Below are positions 27,269 through 37,568 of a stretch of DNA of 64,000 nucleotides, piece by piece; the first letter of the stretch is position 1; every line of letters starts with the position of its first letter. The position numbers were made by a program, and so were the translations under genes. This DNA is from an uncultured Alphaproteobacteria bacterium (GTDB taxonomy: Bacteria > Pseudomonadota > Alphaproteobacteria > Rhizobiales > Xanthobacteraceae): NCBI GenBank assembly GCA_963810125.1, contig CAWEMK010000001.1:86694-150693 (forward strand), given 5' to 3'. The notes beneath the pieces are model-generated. The model searched no databases. It worked only from the letters and a program-made list of their open reading frames with translations, and was not told where the DNA came from.

Positions 27269-29293
27269 ATGACGGCGCCCAATGAAGACCTACAAGCAAA
27301 ATCAACGATTCCGTTGCTAGAGTCGATCAAGAGCCCAGCCGACCTGCGACTCCTCAATGCACGTGACCTGCAGCAGGTTGCGGACGAATTGCGCGCCGAA
27401 ACCATCAATGCGGTCGCCGTTACGGGAGGACACCTGGGAGCAAGTCTTGGTGTAATCGAACTAACCGTTGCTCTTCACTACATCTTCGATACACCGGATG
27501 ACAAACTGATATGGGACGTGGGCCATCAGGCCTATCCACATAAAATCCTGACCGGGCGCAGGGACCGCATTAGAACGCTGCGGACGGGTGGCGGCCTCTC
27601 CGGTTTTACCAAGCGATCGGAAAGTGAATACGACTGCTTCGGCGCGGCGCACTCTTCAACATCAATATCGGCCGGACTGGGCATGGCGGTCGCGCGCGAC
27701 CTCGCCGGACAAACACACAATGTGATCTGCGTTATCGGTGATGGCGCAATGTCCGCCGGGATGGCCTATGAGGCCTTGAACAACGCTGGCGCGATGAACC
27801 GGCGCCTCGTTGTGATCCTGAACGACAACGAGATGTCGATTGCACCGCCGGTCGGTGCGATGTCGAATTATCTCACACGCCTGTTGTCGAGCCCGATGTA
27901 CATGTCGCTGCGTGATATCGGCAAACAGATTGCAGACCGCCTGCCTAAATTCTTCAAGGAGAAGGCGCACCTCGCCGAAGAACTGGCGCGTGGTTTTGTG
28001 ACCGGCGGCACATTGTTCGAGGAGCTCGGATTCTATTACGTCGGCATCGTCGACGGCCACGACCTCAATCAGTTGCTGCCCGTGCTGGAAAATATCCGCA
28101 ACGCGGACAACGGGCCGTTTCTCGTGCACGTGCGCACGCAGAAGGGCAAAGGCTATGCGCCCGCGGAAGCCTCGAAGGATAAATATCACGGCGTCGTCAA
28201 ATTCGACGTCGCAACAGGCAAACAGCACAAGGGTGCTTCGAATGCGCCGTCGTACACGAAAGTCTTCGGCGAAAGCCTGGTGAAAGAAGCAGCCAAGGAC
28301 GACAAGATCGTTGGTATCACTGCTGCGATGCCGGGCGGCACCGGTATCGATATTTTCGGGAAGGCGTTCCCGGATCGGACTTTTGACGTCGGAATTGCGG
28401 AGCAGCACGCGGTGACCTTTGCTGCGGGCCTGGCGACCCAGGGGTACAAGCCATTTGTCGCGATCTATTCGACGTTTCTGCAACGCGCCTATGACCAGGT
28501 TGTCCATGACGTCGCAATCCAGAGCCTGCCCGTCCGGTTCATGATGGATCGTGCCGGACTGGTCGGTGCCGACGGGCCGACCCATGCCGGCTCGTTTGAT
28601 CTCGCTTACCTCGGCTGTCTGCCGAATTTCGTCCTGATGGCGGCAGCCGATGAGGCCGAACTCGTCCACATGGTTGCGACGGCTGTTGCGATAGATGATC
28701 GGCCCTGCGCGGTCCGCTATCCGCGCGGTGATGGCGTTGGCATTACAATGCCGGAAGCCGGTGTGCCGCTCGAAATCGGCAAAGGCCGGATCATCAAGCA
28801 AGGCAATACGGTGGCGCTGCTCTCGCTCGGCACCCGGCTTGCCGAATGCACCAAAGCGGCGGAAATGCTCGCGGCTCAAGGAATTTCAGCGACTGTCGCC
28901 GATGCGCGCTTTGCCAAGCCGCTCGACCGCGAGCTCATCCTCCAGTTGGCGCGCAACCATGAGCTGCTCATAACGGTCGAGGAAGGCGCCGTGGGCGGAT
29001 TCGGCGCGCAGGTCATGCAAATGCTCAGCGACGCCGGCGCGCTCGATCGCGCGGGCTTCAAGATCCGCAGCATGGTGTTGCCGGATATCTTCATCGATCA
29101 CGACAGCCCGCCGGCGATGTACGCCAAGGCCGGGCTCGACGCGAATGGTATCGTCAAGAAAGTGTTCGACGTTTTCGGATCGCGTCAGGCGCCGGAATTG
29201 CAGCCCGCCGAGATCGCGTTTCTTGCCGAGCGCGCGCAGCGCCGCCGGCAGGCGAAGACGATGAACGGACACGCTAAGGGGGCGGCGGAATGA
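27269..29293 (+). CDS. dxs: 1-deoxy-D-xylulose-5-phosphate synthase
   Basis: [44 protein letters not shown] plus the transketolase-like remainder. ATG 27269 follows ggagaaagg. The stop overlaps the ispH start (ATGA 29290-29293). Confidence 0.92.
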   Translation: MTAPNEDLQAKSTIPLLESIKSPADLRLLNARDLQQVADELRAETINAVAVTGGHLGASLGVIELTVALHYIFDTPDDKLIWDVGHQAYPHKILTGRRDRIRTLRTGGGLSGFTKRSESEYDCFGAAHSSTSISAGLGMAVARDLAGQTHNVICVIGDGAMSAGMAYEALNNAGAMNRRLVVILNDNEMSIAPPVGAMSNYLTRLLSSPMYMSLRDIGKQIADRLPKFFKEKAHLAEELARGFVTGGTLFEELGFYYVGIVDGHDLNQLLPVLENIRNADNGPFLVHVRTQKGKGYAPAEASKDKYHGVVKFDVATGKQHKGASNAPSYTKVFGESLVKEAAKDDKIVGITAAMPGGTGIDIFGKAFPDRTFDVGIAEQHAVTFAAGLATQGYKPFVAIYSTFLQRAYDQVVHDVAIQSLPVRFMMDRAGLVGADGPTHAGSFDLAYLGCLPNFVLMAAADEAELVHMVATAVAIDDRPCAVRYPRGDGVGITMPEAGVPLEIGKGRIIKQGNTVALLSLGTRLAECTKAAEMLAAQGISATVADARFAKPLDRELILQLARNHELLITVEEGAVGGFGAQVMQMLSDAGALDRAGFKIRSMVLPDIFIDHDSPPAMYAKAGLDANGIVKKVFDVFGSRQAPELQPAEIAFLAERAQRRRQAKTMNGHAKGAAE

Positions 29294-30285
29294 AGGTTAT
29301 TCTTGCGAAACCGCGCGGGTTTTGCGCGGGAGTCGTGCGCGCGATCGAAATTGTCGAGCGCGCGCTGGATAAATACGGACCGCCGGTTTACGTGCGGCAC
29401 GAGATCGTCCACAACAAGTGGGTCGTCGACGCACTCAAGGCGCGCGGCGCCCGCTTCGTCGAGGAACTGTCCGAAGTGCCACCGAACGCGATTACGATCT
29501 TCAGTGCGCATGGTGTGGCAAAAAAAGTCCAGAACGAAGCGACGGAGCGAGGGTTGCGGGTGCTCAATGCCACCTGCCCGCTGGTCTCGAAAGTTCACGC
29601 GCAAGGCCGTCACTATCTGCGCAACGGGCGCACGGTCATTTTAGTGGGGCACGCTGGCCATCCCGAGGTCGAAGGCACGCTGGGTCAAATTCCCGGGCCC
29701 GTGCTCCTCGTGCAAACTGAAGCGGATGTTAACGCGCTCGATCTGCCGGTCGATACGCCGATTGCCTACGTCACGCAGACCACGCTGAGCGTGGATGACA
29801 CGCGCGGCATCATTGCTGCGCTCTATCGCCGCTTTAATGACGTCGTCGGGCCGGGCACAGAGGATATCTGCTACGCGACGCAGAATCGCCAAACTGCCCT
29901 GCTTGAACTGACCAAGCTGGTCGACGTGATTTTCGTGGTCGGCGCCAAAAACAGCTCTAATTCGAACCGCTTGCGTGAAATCGGCGTCGAAGCAGGCGTT
30001 CCCACTCATTTAATCGCCAATGGCAGTGAAATTGAGCCGGAATGGTTGCAAAACGTCGAGGTTGTTGGCATTACGGCGGGTGCCTCGGCACCGGAGGTCA
30101 TGGTCCGCGACGTGATCAACACGTTGCGTACGGTCGAGCCGGTGGAGGTCTTCACCCTGCCCGGTCAGGATGAACACATCGAATTCCGGGTTCCGGTCGA
30201 ATTGCTCGACGTGACCAGTTCTCAGCAAATCAGCAAGGATAGCAATCTTGGGCATTCCCCTTCTTCAGAAACTGTATGTCGGTAG
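29290..30285 (+). CDS. ispH: 4-hydroxy-3-methylbut-2-enyl diphosphate reductase
   Basis: [26 protein letters not shown]..., conserved Cys residues, about 330 aa. Confidence 0.92.
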   Translation: MKVILAKPRGFCAGVVRAIEIVERALDKYGPPVYVRHEIVHNKWVVDALKARGARFVEELSEVPPNAITIFSAHGVAKKVQNEATERGLRVLNATCPLVSKVHAQGRHYLRNGRTVILVGHAGHPEVEGTLGQIPGPVLLVQTEADVNALDLPVDTPIAYVTQTTLSVDDTRGIIAALYRRFNDVVGPGTEDICYATQNRQTALLELTKLVDVIFVVGAKNSSNSNRLREIGVEAGVPTHLIANGSEIEPEWLQNVEVVGITAGASAPEVMVRDVINTLRTVEPVEVFTLPGQDEHIEFRVPVELLDVTSSQQISKDSNLGHSPSSETVCR

Positions 30286-31393
30286 CTACGTTGTTCGCCA
30301 GCGTCTGACTGGCCGCAAACGCTATCCGCTCGTGCTGATGCTTGAGCCCTTGTTCAGGTGCAACCTCGCCTGCGCCGGCTGCGGCAAAATCGACTATCCC
30401 GATCCGATTCTGCACCAGAACATGTCGGTGGAAGACGCCCTGCACGCGGTCGACGAATGCGGCGCGCCGGTGGTGTCGATCGCCGGTGGCGAACCGCTCC
30501 TCCATAAACAATTGCCCGAAATCGTTCGCGGCATCGTTGCGCGGAAAAAGTTCGTCTATCTGTGCACCAACGCGCTGCTGATGGACAAGAAGCTGTCGCA
30601 ATATGAGCCGAGCACGTTCTTCACGTGGTCGGTCCATCTCGACGGCGACAAGGAGATGCACGACCACTCGGTCTGCCAGCCGGGCACTTATGACCGTGCG
30701 GTGACGGCAATCAAGCACGCCAAGGAACGCGGATTCCGCGTCAACATCAATTGCACTTTGTTCAACACTGCGCAGGCCGGCCGCGTCGCTGACTTTTTCG
30801 ACACAGCCATGGAGCTGGGTGTCGATGGCATCACCGTGTCGCCGGGTTATGCCTACGAGCGTGCGCCCGACCAGCAGCACTTCCTTAATCGCGGCAAGAC
30901 CAAGCAGCTGTTCCGCGACGTCTTCAAACAAGGCCCAAGCAAGACCAAGTGGTCGTTCAGCCAATCCAGCCTGTTCCTCGACTTCCTTGCGGGTAACCAG
31001 ACCTACCACTGTACGCCGTGGGGAAATCCGACACGCACCATCTTCGGGTGGCAGAAGCCCTGCTATCTGCTCGGTGAAGGCTACACGAAGACCTTCGACG
31101 AACTGATGAACGACACCAACTGGGACGACTACGGCGTCGGCAATTATGAGAAGTGCGCCGACTGCATGGTACATTCCGGCTTTGAAGCATCCGCGGTCCA
31201 GGATGCCGTCGCCCACCCGCTCAAGGCGCTGGGTGTCAGCCTGCGCGGAGTCCGCACCGAAGGTGAAATGAGCCCGGAGATTTCGCTTGCCGGACAACGG
31301 CCTGCGGAATTTGTGTTTTCAAAGCATGTCGAGACCAAGCTCGAAGAAATCAAGAATACGAAGCGCGAACCGGCAATGGTTGAGGCGGACTGA
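30248..31393 (+). CDS. hpnH: adenosyl-hopene transferase (radical SAM) HpnH
   Basis: N-terminus [50 protein letters not shown] with the CxxxCxxC radical SAM motif. The TTG start lies inside the last 38 nt of ispH. Confidence 0.88.
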   Translation: MGIPLLQKLYVGSYVVRQRLTGRKRYPLVLMLEPLFRCNLACAGCGKIDYPDPILHQNMSVEDALHAVDECGAPVVSIAGGEPLLHKQLPEIVRGIVARKKFVYLCTNALLMDKKLSQYEPSTFFTWSVHLDGDKEMHDHSVCQPGTYDRAVTAIKHAKERGFRVNINCTLFNTAQAGRVADFFDTAMELGVDGITVSPGYAYERAPDQQHFLNRGKTKQLFRDVFKQGPSKTKWSFSQSSLFLDFLAGNQTYHCTPWGNPTRTIFGWQKPCYLLGEGYTKTFDELMNDTNWDDYGVGNYEKCADCMVHSGFEASAVQDAVAHPLKALGVSLRGVRTEGEMSPEISLAGQRPAEFVFSKHVETKLEEIKNTKREPAMVEAD

Positions 31394-31423
31394 CGCGGTT
31401 CCGGAGTTAAATTAGCGCGGAGT

Positions 31424-31449
31424 GGAACTTACGGACCCTATGGCCCGTT
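31424..31449 (+). promoter_or_regulatory. EcfG (general stress ECF sigma)-type promoter, GGAAC-N17-CGTT
   Basis: GGAAC at 31424-31428 and CGTT at 31446-31449 are separated by exactly 17 nt. The site is 57 nt upstream of the ATG at 31507. It matches the alphaproteobacterial EcfG/SigT/RpoE2 consensus GGAAC-N16-17-CGTT. Confidence 0.4.
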
Positions 31450-31506
31450 ATGTTCGAACCGGACAATTCCACCGGTGTTTGTGGCTACGACCACAGGAAT
31501 TCGGCG

Positions 31507-32625
31507 ATGCGCTGGCGGACCACCATAGCCTTGGGGATGCTCGGCGCAGCCGTCGCCTCCCCTGACCTTGCGCAGGCGCAATTTTCCCCACAGGGCCTCA
31601 TCGGGGGCATTACGCGCCCGTTTCGGCAGATGTTGGGGCATTTAGGCCACTATCCCCGCGGTCACCGCCCTCGCACGGCAGCCGCCGATTCACAGGCAGC
31701 CGCAGCGGCGTCTTCGAATGAGACGTCGGCATCCGCAGGATCGCGGCTTGGCTGGGCCGGCCCGCCGGCCTGGTCGACCGCCTATGAGGACGTTCTCGGC
31801 TTTACCTTCTGGCCGGATGACTATGCGCCCCGGCTGCGCAGTCGCGGGTTTGACGTGATTGCCGACACCATCAGCGGGCATTTCGACACGCCACGTCGCA
31901 CGGACCGTGTCGCAACGACAGGCACTGCCACCGGAAATGACGGCTCGAAGATGGGCTGTAACGATTCAGACACGCAGGCTGTTTGGCCGGCGGCACGCGT
32001 CGAGCAAATCTTGCAGCTCACCGACAGCGAGCATGATGCGCTTGAAAAACTTCAGTCCGCTGTCGTCCAGTCGATGAAGCCCGTCAAATCCGACTGCGGC
32101 GCATCGGCAGAGCTATCGCCCCCGGATCGACTGGGAGCCCTGGTACAGACGATTTGGGCCGTGCGCGACGCCGGAATATCCGTACGTGCGCCGCTCAAGA
32201 CTTTTTACGATAGTCTGACCACCACTCAGAAAAACAGCTTTGCCAGCCGCCGTCCGCAAACCGAACCGCCGCCCGAGGCCAAAGACGCAAATCCCGGCAT
32301 GAACAAACAATATCAGGCTTGCGCTTCGCAAAACGCCGAAAAGGCGGAACGCCTCGTCAAAGAGATTGAAATGCGCGTGCGGCCGACCAAGGATCAGGCC
32401 GCGAGTTTCGAGAATTTCCACAAAGTTTCGTCGGACATGGCGAAGCTTCTGATCGCATCGTGCGTGCAGCCCATCCCTGCAGATCCGATGGCGCGACTGG
32501 ACGACGCCAACGACCAATTGACGGCCATCAATTACGCGGCAACGACCGTACAAATCGCTTTCGATGATTTTTATGCAAAATTGGATGGCGCGCAGAAATC
32601 GCGCTTTGAGTCGCTCAGCCGATAA
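31507..32625 (+). CDS. periplasmic LTXXQ-motif protein (Spy/CpxP-like family)
   Basis: Within ORF 31450..32625. MRWRTTIALGMLGAAVASPDLAQAQ is a signal peptide. An LTDSEHDALEKLQ (LTxxQ-type) motif and helical Q/K/A-rich sequence are present. Confidence 0.6.
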   Translation: MRWRTTIALGMLGAAVASPDLAQAQFSPQGLIGGITRPFRQMLGHLGHYPRGHRPRTAAADSQAAAAASSNETSASAGSRLGWAGPPAWSTAYEDVLGFTFWPDDYAPRLRSRGFDVIADTISGHFDTPRRTDRVATTGTATGNDGSKMGCNDSDTQAVWPAARVEQILQLTDSEHDALEKLQSAVVQSMKPVKSDCGASAELSPPDRLGALVQTIWAVRDAGISVRAPLKTFYDSLTTTQKNSFASRRPQTEPPPEAKDANPGMNKQYQACASQNAEKAERLVKEIEMRVRPTKDQAASFENFHKVSSDMAKLLIASCVQPIPADPMARLDDANDQLTAINYAATTVQIAFDDFYAKLDGAQKSRFESLSR

Positions 32626-32628
32626 ACA

Positions 32629-34587
32629 TTACATGCCGAATGGCACTGCGGCGCTGTTGTTAGCCTTCAGATTGCGGTAGCGCGCGAGTGCCCATAGCGG
32701 AAAGAATTTCCTGTAGCCGTGGTATCGCAAATAGAACACGCGCGGAAAACCCGTGGCTGTGAACCGCTCTTCATCCCAGAATCCATCCGCGAGCTGTGCC
32801 TGCGCCAGGTACCGTATACCGCGCTCGACCGCGGGATGATCGACTTCACCGCTGGCCATGAGCCCAAGCAGCGCCCACGCCGTTTGTGATGCGGTGCTGG
32901 CGGCTGGTTCGTGGCCGCGATACGCGAGCTTGTAGCTCGAGCCATCTTCGCCCCACCCGCCGTCGGAATTCTGAATAGAGATGAGCCAATCGACCGCTCT
33001 GCGGATTTCCGCGGACTTCGGGTCAACGCCGCACGCATTGAGCGCGCAGAGTGACGACCATGTCCCGTAAATGTAATTCAATCCCCAACGACCGTACCAG
33101 CTGCCATCGCGGGTTTGAGTCCTGAGCAGATAATCGACGCCGCGCGATAGTGAGCTGCTCGTTTCGATCGTTTCGCCAAGCTGGGCCAGCATCGAGACGC
33201 AGCGCGCCGTCACATCCTCCGTTGGCGGATCAATCAATGCTCCGTGGTCGGCAAAGGGGATATTGTTGAGATAGTCATAGGTGTTATCGACATCGAACGC
33301 CGCCCAGCCTCCGTTGCGGCTCTGCAGACCTTTCACCCATTCGACGCCGCGCGCGATGGCGTGGTCGTAGCGATCCCCGGCCCCGATACGGCGGGCGCGA
33401 TCCATCGCCATAACAACCACCGCCGTATCGTCGAGATCGGGATAATGCGGGTTGGCGTATTGGAAGGCCCAGCCGCCGGGCCGCACCGACGGGCGGCGCG
33501 TTGACCAATCCCCAACGATATCAAGCACCTGGAGAGGCAACAGCCAGTCCAGCCCGCGCAAGGCGGCGGCGCGTGCAGCGTCATCACCGGCTTCGAGCAG
33601 TGCGTGGCAGGTGAGCGCCGTATCCCAGACCGGCGATACGCAAGGCTGGCAGTAGGCTTCGCGATCCCCGACGACCAGCAACTTTTCGATTGAGCCGCGC
33701 GCGACCGCAGCGTTTGCCTTGTCGCCGAGCACATCAAACATCATCGTCGCATTGGCCATCGCCGGGAATATCGCGCCGAGCCCGTCCTCACCGTTGAGGT
33801 GTTCGACGACAAAACTAACCGCCCGATCAATCGCGCGCTGTCGCAAGCTCTTTGGGAAAAGTTTCACCGCCGGCCGCAAGATCGCGTCGATGCCGCGAAA
33901 CAATGCAAACCATATCCAGCGCTGATGCGGCGCCTTTGCTGCAGGCCCGACCGAGGACGGCGGTTCAAGGAACAGCTCGTCGATACCGATGCCAAGCGAA
34001 TTCTGCGCGCGCGGCCGCAACGCCTGTATGACGAGCAACGGGACCAACACCGTGCGCGCCCAATAAGACACCTTCGACAGATGAAATGGAAACCAGCGCG
34101 GCAGCAGCGTGATTTCAACAGGCATTTCGGGAACGCTGCGCCAGCTCAGCACACCAAAGAGCGAGAGCAAGACACGCGTAAACACATTGCAGTGGACGGC
34201 GCCGCCCCGCGCCAGGATTGCCTCGCGCGCGCGACGCATATGATCGGCGTCAGGCTTGTCGCCGATCATCTTGAGCGCGAAATAGGCTTTCACGCTGGCG
34301 CTCATGTCGAAATCGCCAAGGTGATAAAGAGCCCAGCCGTCATGCGCGCCCTGGATGCGGCGCAGATAGTTCGCGATCTTCTGCTCCAGAACAGAATCGA
34401 TGGGCTCGCCGCGATAGTGCCGGAGCAGCACGTATTCGGCCGGAATGGTGGCATCCGCCTCGAGTTCGAAGACCCAATGTCCATTGCTTTGCCGGCAGGC
34501 CAGCAACGCGCGCGTGGCCGCGGCGCCAGCTCGGTCTGCGTCTGCCTGCGGCGGCAGCCGAGAATCGCCGGCAAAAGCGAGCGTCAT
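32629..34587 (-). CDS. shc: squalene-hopene cyclase
   Basis: DxDDTA motif (YPDLDDTAVVVMAM) and repeated QW-type motifs. ORF 32629..34791 is trimmed to the ATG at 34587, which overlaps the hpnE stop (ATGA 34584-34587). Confidence 0.92.
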   Translation of the reverse strand: MTLAFAGDSRLPPQADADRAGAAATRALLACRQSNGHWVFELEADATIPAEYVLLRHYRGEPIDSVLEQKIANYLRRIQGAHDGWALYHLGDFDMSASVKAYFALKMIGDKPDADHMRRAREAILARGGAVHCNVFTRVLLSLFGVLSWRSVPEMPVEITLLPRWFPFHLSKVSYWARTVLVPLLVIQALRPRAQNSLGIGIDELFLEPPSSVGPAAKAPHQRWIWFALFRGIDAILRPAVKLFPKSLRQRAIDRAVSFVVEHLNGEDGLGAIFPAMANATMMFDVLGDKANAAVARGSIEKLLVVGDREAYCQPCVSPVWDTALTCHALLEAGDDAARAAALRGLDWLLPLQVLDIVGDWSTRRPSVRPGGWAFQYANPHYPDLDDTAVVVMAMDRARRIGAGDRYDHAIARGVEWVKGLQSRNGGWAAFDVDNTYDYLNNIPFADHGALIDPPTEDVTARCVSMLAQLGETIETSSSLSRGVDYLLRTQTRDGSWYGRWGLNYIYGTWSSLCALNACGVDPKSAEIRRAVDWLISIQNSDGGWGEDGSSYKLAYRGHEPAASTASQTAWALLGLMASGEVDHPAVERGIRYLAQAQLADGFWDEERFTATGFPRVFYLRYHGYRKFFPLWALARYRNLKANNSAAVPFGM

Positions 34588-35858
34588 GCGGCGGCTCGCA
34601 ATCTGAAGTTCACCAGATCCGCGGCCCGATACCCCGAGCGGACGGCACTTTCGAGCGTCGCCGGCAGCCCGGTCGCGGTCCAGTCGCCAGCGAGGAATAA
34701 GTTGACCGACGATGTTTCCGCAGCCGGACGCAAGGCATTCTGCTCCGGGGTGGCGGCAAATGTGGCCCGGCGTTCGCGCACGATCTGCCACGGCGGAACG
34801 TCATCCGCGGACAGGCCTGCAACCTTGGCGATGTCACCCCATATGGCCGCCGCCAGCTCCGCGCGCGGCATATCGAACAATCGTCCTGCATCACTGATCG
34901 TTGCCGAAATTTTCCCGGGAAATGCAAATATCCACTCAGTTGTTCCGTTGATGACACCCAGCATCGGCGGCACACGTGCCGGCGGTTCAATGCGAAAGTG
35001 AGCGTTGACGATTCCACGGAAATCGGTCGGTGCGCGCAAACCAGGCATGAGAGCGGTAGCCACATTCGGCGGCACTGCCAAAATGACCGCGTCATCGCTG
35101 CCAAGCTCGACGGAATGCTTTGCAAATTTAAGCGACGACACTCGACCATCGGAAACCTGCAGCGCGATCAACTCATCCTCGAACACAACGGATGCGCCGC
35201 GCTCATGCAGGTGGGCGATCGCAGGCTCGACGAAGACACTCCCCAACCCATCGCGCGCGAGCAATGGCCGGCAGGCCTGGCCACCGAGCGCGAGCGTTTC
35301 GCGGATCAGGGCGCCGGCAAGTTTGGTAGAACCTTCGCGCGGGGTGATGTTGAGCGCTGCGAGCAACAGGGGCTCGAGCAGGCGATCATAGAGCGGTCCG
35401 GAGCAATTCATCACATCGCCAATGGGCTTGTCCGCGGACGTCCAGGCAAGGCGTGCCAGGGGCAGGTAATCGCTGACCGCCGTTTGCGGGACACGCCGCT
35501 CCTTATCGAATACCCACCAGGGAAAACGGCTTTCGCCGAACCGCAAAGTCCATTGCTCGCCGGTTGCGATGTCTATGAAAGAAAACTCCGCTTCTTTCGG
35601 GCCGCTCAATCCTGCCCTCGAGCCGATCGCGTCGGCGTATGACAGAACGGCGTGGTTGCCCGACAGGAGCAAATGCGTGCCGTTGTCGATCAACATTCCC
35701 GTGCCTTGATCGAAATAAGAACGGCAGCGCCCGCCCGCCTGTTTCGTCGCCTCATGGATGGTGACAGCCCGCCCCGCCGCGGCAAGCCTTACGCCGGCTG
35801 CGAGCCCTGCCAGACCCGCGCCGATAATATGCACCCTGCCGATGTCAGACGAACGCAT
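34584..35858 (-). CDS. hpnE: hydroxysqualene dehydroxylase (FAD-dependent) HpnE
   Basis: Dinucleotide fold VHIIGAGLAGLAAG and an amine-oxidase-like remainder. Positioned between hpnD and shc. The ATG at 35858 overlaps the hpnD 3' end by 14 nt. Confidence 0.85.
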   Translation of the reverse strand: MRSSDIGRVHIIGAGLAGLAAGVRLAAAGRAVTIHEATKQAGGRCRSYFDQGTGMLIDNGTHLLLSGNHAVLSYADAIGSRAGLSGPKEAEFSFIDIATGEQWTLRFGESRFPWWVFDKERRVPQTAVSDYLPLARLAWTSADKPIGDVMNCSGPLYDRLLEPLLLAALNITPREGSTKLAGALIRETLALGGQACRPLLARDGLGSVFVEPAIAHLHERGASVVFEDELIALQVSDGRVSSLKFAKHSVELGSDDAVILAVPPNVATALMPGLRAPTDFRGIVNAHFRIEPPARVPPMLGVINGTTEWIFAFPGKISATISDAGRLFDMPRAELAAAIWGDIAKVAGLSADDVPPWQIVRERRATFAATPEQNALRPAAETSSVNLFLAGDWTATGLPATLESAVRSGYRAADLVNFRLRAAA

Positions 35859-36693
35859 GCCGTAACGCAATCCAGATTAAACGCGGTTTGTTGATGCGGA
35901 CGCGGCTCCGCGGCCTCGACCAGCCCCGCGATATCATGCCTTCGAGCATCTGACGATAGACCCCGCCCATAATTTTGGGCGCGCGCACGACGCGTCTCGG
36001 GCAGCGCGACATAATTTCATTCGCTTTCGTGTAGTGTTCGCGCGCCCGCTCTGCGACGGCGATGCAGGTCTCTCCGAGGCGCGGGTCTTCCACAACCGAA
36101 GCCGGATCACTCGACGTGATCCCGGCCTTCCGCAAAGCCTCCTGCGGCAGGTAAAGCCGGCCGATGGCCGCATCCTCATCGATATCGCGCAAGATATTCG
36201 TCAGTTGAAGCGCACGACCGAGGTGAAAGGCCAACGCAACCCCGTCGGCATCATCCATCCCGAAAATGCGCACGGACAGCCGGCCGACCGCGGAGGCGAC
36301 ACGATCACAGTAAAGATCGAGTTCGTCGAAACTTGGCGCCCGAATATCGGCGCGTGCGTCCATTTCCACGCCATCAATCACCGCAAGGAAATCGTCCTTG
36401 CGCAGTGCATAACGGGCGACGGCGCGCGCGAGACCTCCAAGCTTAGGCGGAATGCTTCCGGAATAAAGGGAATCGATATTCTTTCGCCAGACTAACAGCC
36501 CCTCCAGACGTTGCGGGTGCGGCGCGTCGCTGTCCGCAATATCGTCGACCGCGCGGCAGAACGAATAGATTTCAAACATCGCCTCCCGCTGCTCGCGCCC
36601 CAGGATACGCATCGCCAAATAGAACGAGCTGCCGCCCGCGCGGTTGGCGGCCGGCGCAGCACTTTCCGTCACATTTGCAACCTGAACGCTCAT
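35845..36693 (-). CDS. hpnD: presqualene diphosphate synthase HpnD
   Basis: Squalene/phytoene synthase family (SSFYLAMRILGREQREAMFEIYSFCRAVDDIAD). The start overlaps the hpnC stop (ATGA 36690-36693). Confidence 0.88.
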   Translation of the reverse strand: MSVQVANVTESAAPAANRAGGSSFYLAMRILGREQREAMFEIYSFCRAVDDIADSDAPHPQRLEGLLVWRKNIDSLYSGSIPPKLGGLARAVARYALRKDDFLAVIDGVEMDARADIRAPSFDELDLYCDRVASAVGRLSVRIFGMDDADGVALAFHLGRALQLTNILRDIDEDAAIGRLYLPQEALRKAGITSSDPASVVEDPRLGETCIAVAERAREHYTKANEIMSRCPRRVVRAPKIMGGVYRQMLEGMISRGWSRPRSRVRINKPRLIWIALRHAFV

Positions 36694-37568
36694 GGGGTCT
36701 GATAACGGCGCGTCGGTGCGACCGTTCGCAGGAACCGTCGCAGCAAAGCTCGCGTTCCGCCGCTGACAGCCTCAATAGCAGCCTCGCCTTTCGTGAGGTG
36801 AACGCGCGCGCTCAGCGGATCGCGCTCGCGAAGAACATGCAGTAGACGTGTCGCCAGCGATTGAATAACCGAGATTTCACAGCCGAGACGCGTGTCGACA
36901 ACATTAGCCTCAAGACCATGACTCTGGCCTAGCAAAGCGGAAGTGCGCGTTATCAACGCGTCCAGACAAGCTCGCAAAGCCGGACTGGCTTTATCATAAC
37001 CAAGCACTTCGACGCCAATTCCCTGTGCCCCAAGCGCATCAAGCGGGATATAGACCCGGTCGAGTGTCCGATAGTCCACGCCGCAATCCTGCAGGTGGTT
37101 GATAATCTGCAATGCTGCGCACAGGGCGTCCGACGCAGGCCAGGTGTCCGTTGCCTCGCCATGGACGTCGAGCACGAAGCGACCGACCGGCATCGCGGAG
37201 CGCGAGCAATAATCAATCAGATCGTCCCAATCTTTGTATCGGAGTTTGGTGGCATCCTGCCGGAAGGCGTTCAGCAAATCCTGCGCATGACGGGCCGATA
37301 ACCCGCGGCTCTGCAATATTTCCCGCAGCACGACCCCTTCCGGTTCGTCATTGTCGCTGCCGAGCAAGCTGGCCTCGAGACGATCAAGCCGCGCAAGCTT
37401 TTCTGTGCTCGCAAGTGTCGGATGATCGGCAATATCGTCGGCAACCCGGACAAATTCGTAGAACGCCAGAATGACCGGCCGGTGCCGCCGCTTGATCAGC
37501 CAGGATGCGACGGGGAAATTTTCGTCCCGCGCGCCCTTGCCGGACCGAAGTTGAGCGCTGCTGGTCAT
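36690..37568 (-). CDS. hpnC: hydroxysqualene synthase HpnC
   Basis: Squalene/phytoene synthase family (ENFPVASWLIKRRHRPVILAFYEFVRVADDIAD). The start overlaps the hpnB stop (ATGA 37565-37568). Confidence 0.88.
   Translation of the reverse strand: MTSSAQLRSGKGARDENFPVASWLIKRRHRPVILAFYEFVRVADDIADHPTLASTEKLARLDRLEASLLGSDNDEPEGVVLREILQSRGLSARHAQDLLNAFRQDATKLRYKDWDDLIDYCSRSAMPVGRFVLDVHGEATDTWPASDALCAALQIINHLQDCGVDYRTLDRVYIPLDALGAQGIGVEVLGYDKASPALRACLDALITRTSALLGQSHGLEANVVDTRLGCEISVIQSLATRLLHVLRERDPLSARVHLTKGEAAIEAVSGGTRALLRRFLRTVAPTRRYQTP

Noticed and set aside
34588-34791. 68-codon N-terminal extension of the shc ORF (start at 34791).
   Set aside because: The extension overlaps the 3' end of hpnE by about 200 nt and is not SHC-like. 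The ATG at 34587 gives the ATGA coupling used throughout the cluster.
27662-35001. Long antisense ORFs in the hopanoid cluster (27662..28879 minus, 30230..31297 minus, 33799..35001 plus, 34998..35642 plus).
   Set aside because: Each lies opposite a gene with unmistakable family motifs (dxs, hpnH, shc, hpnE) and shows no motif of its own.
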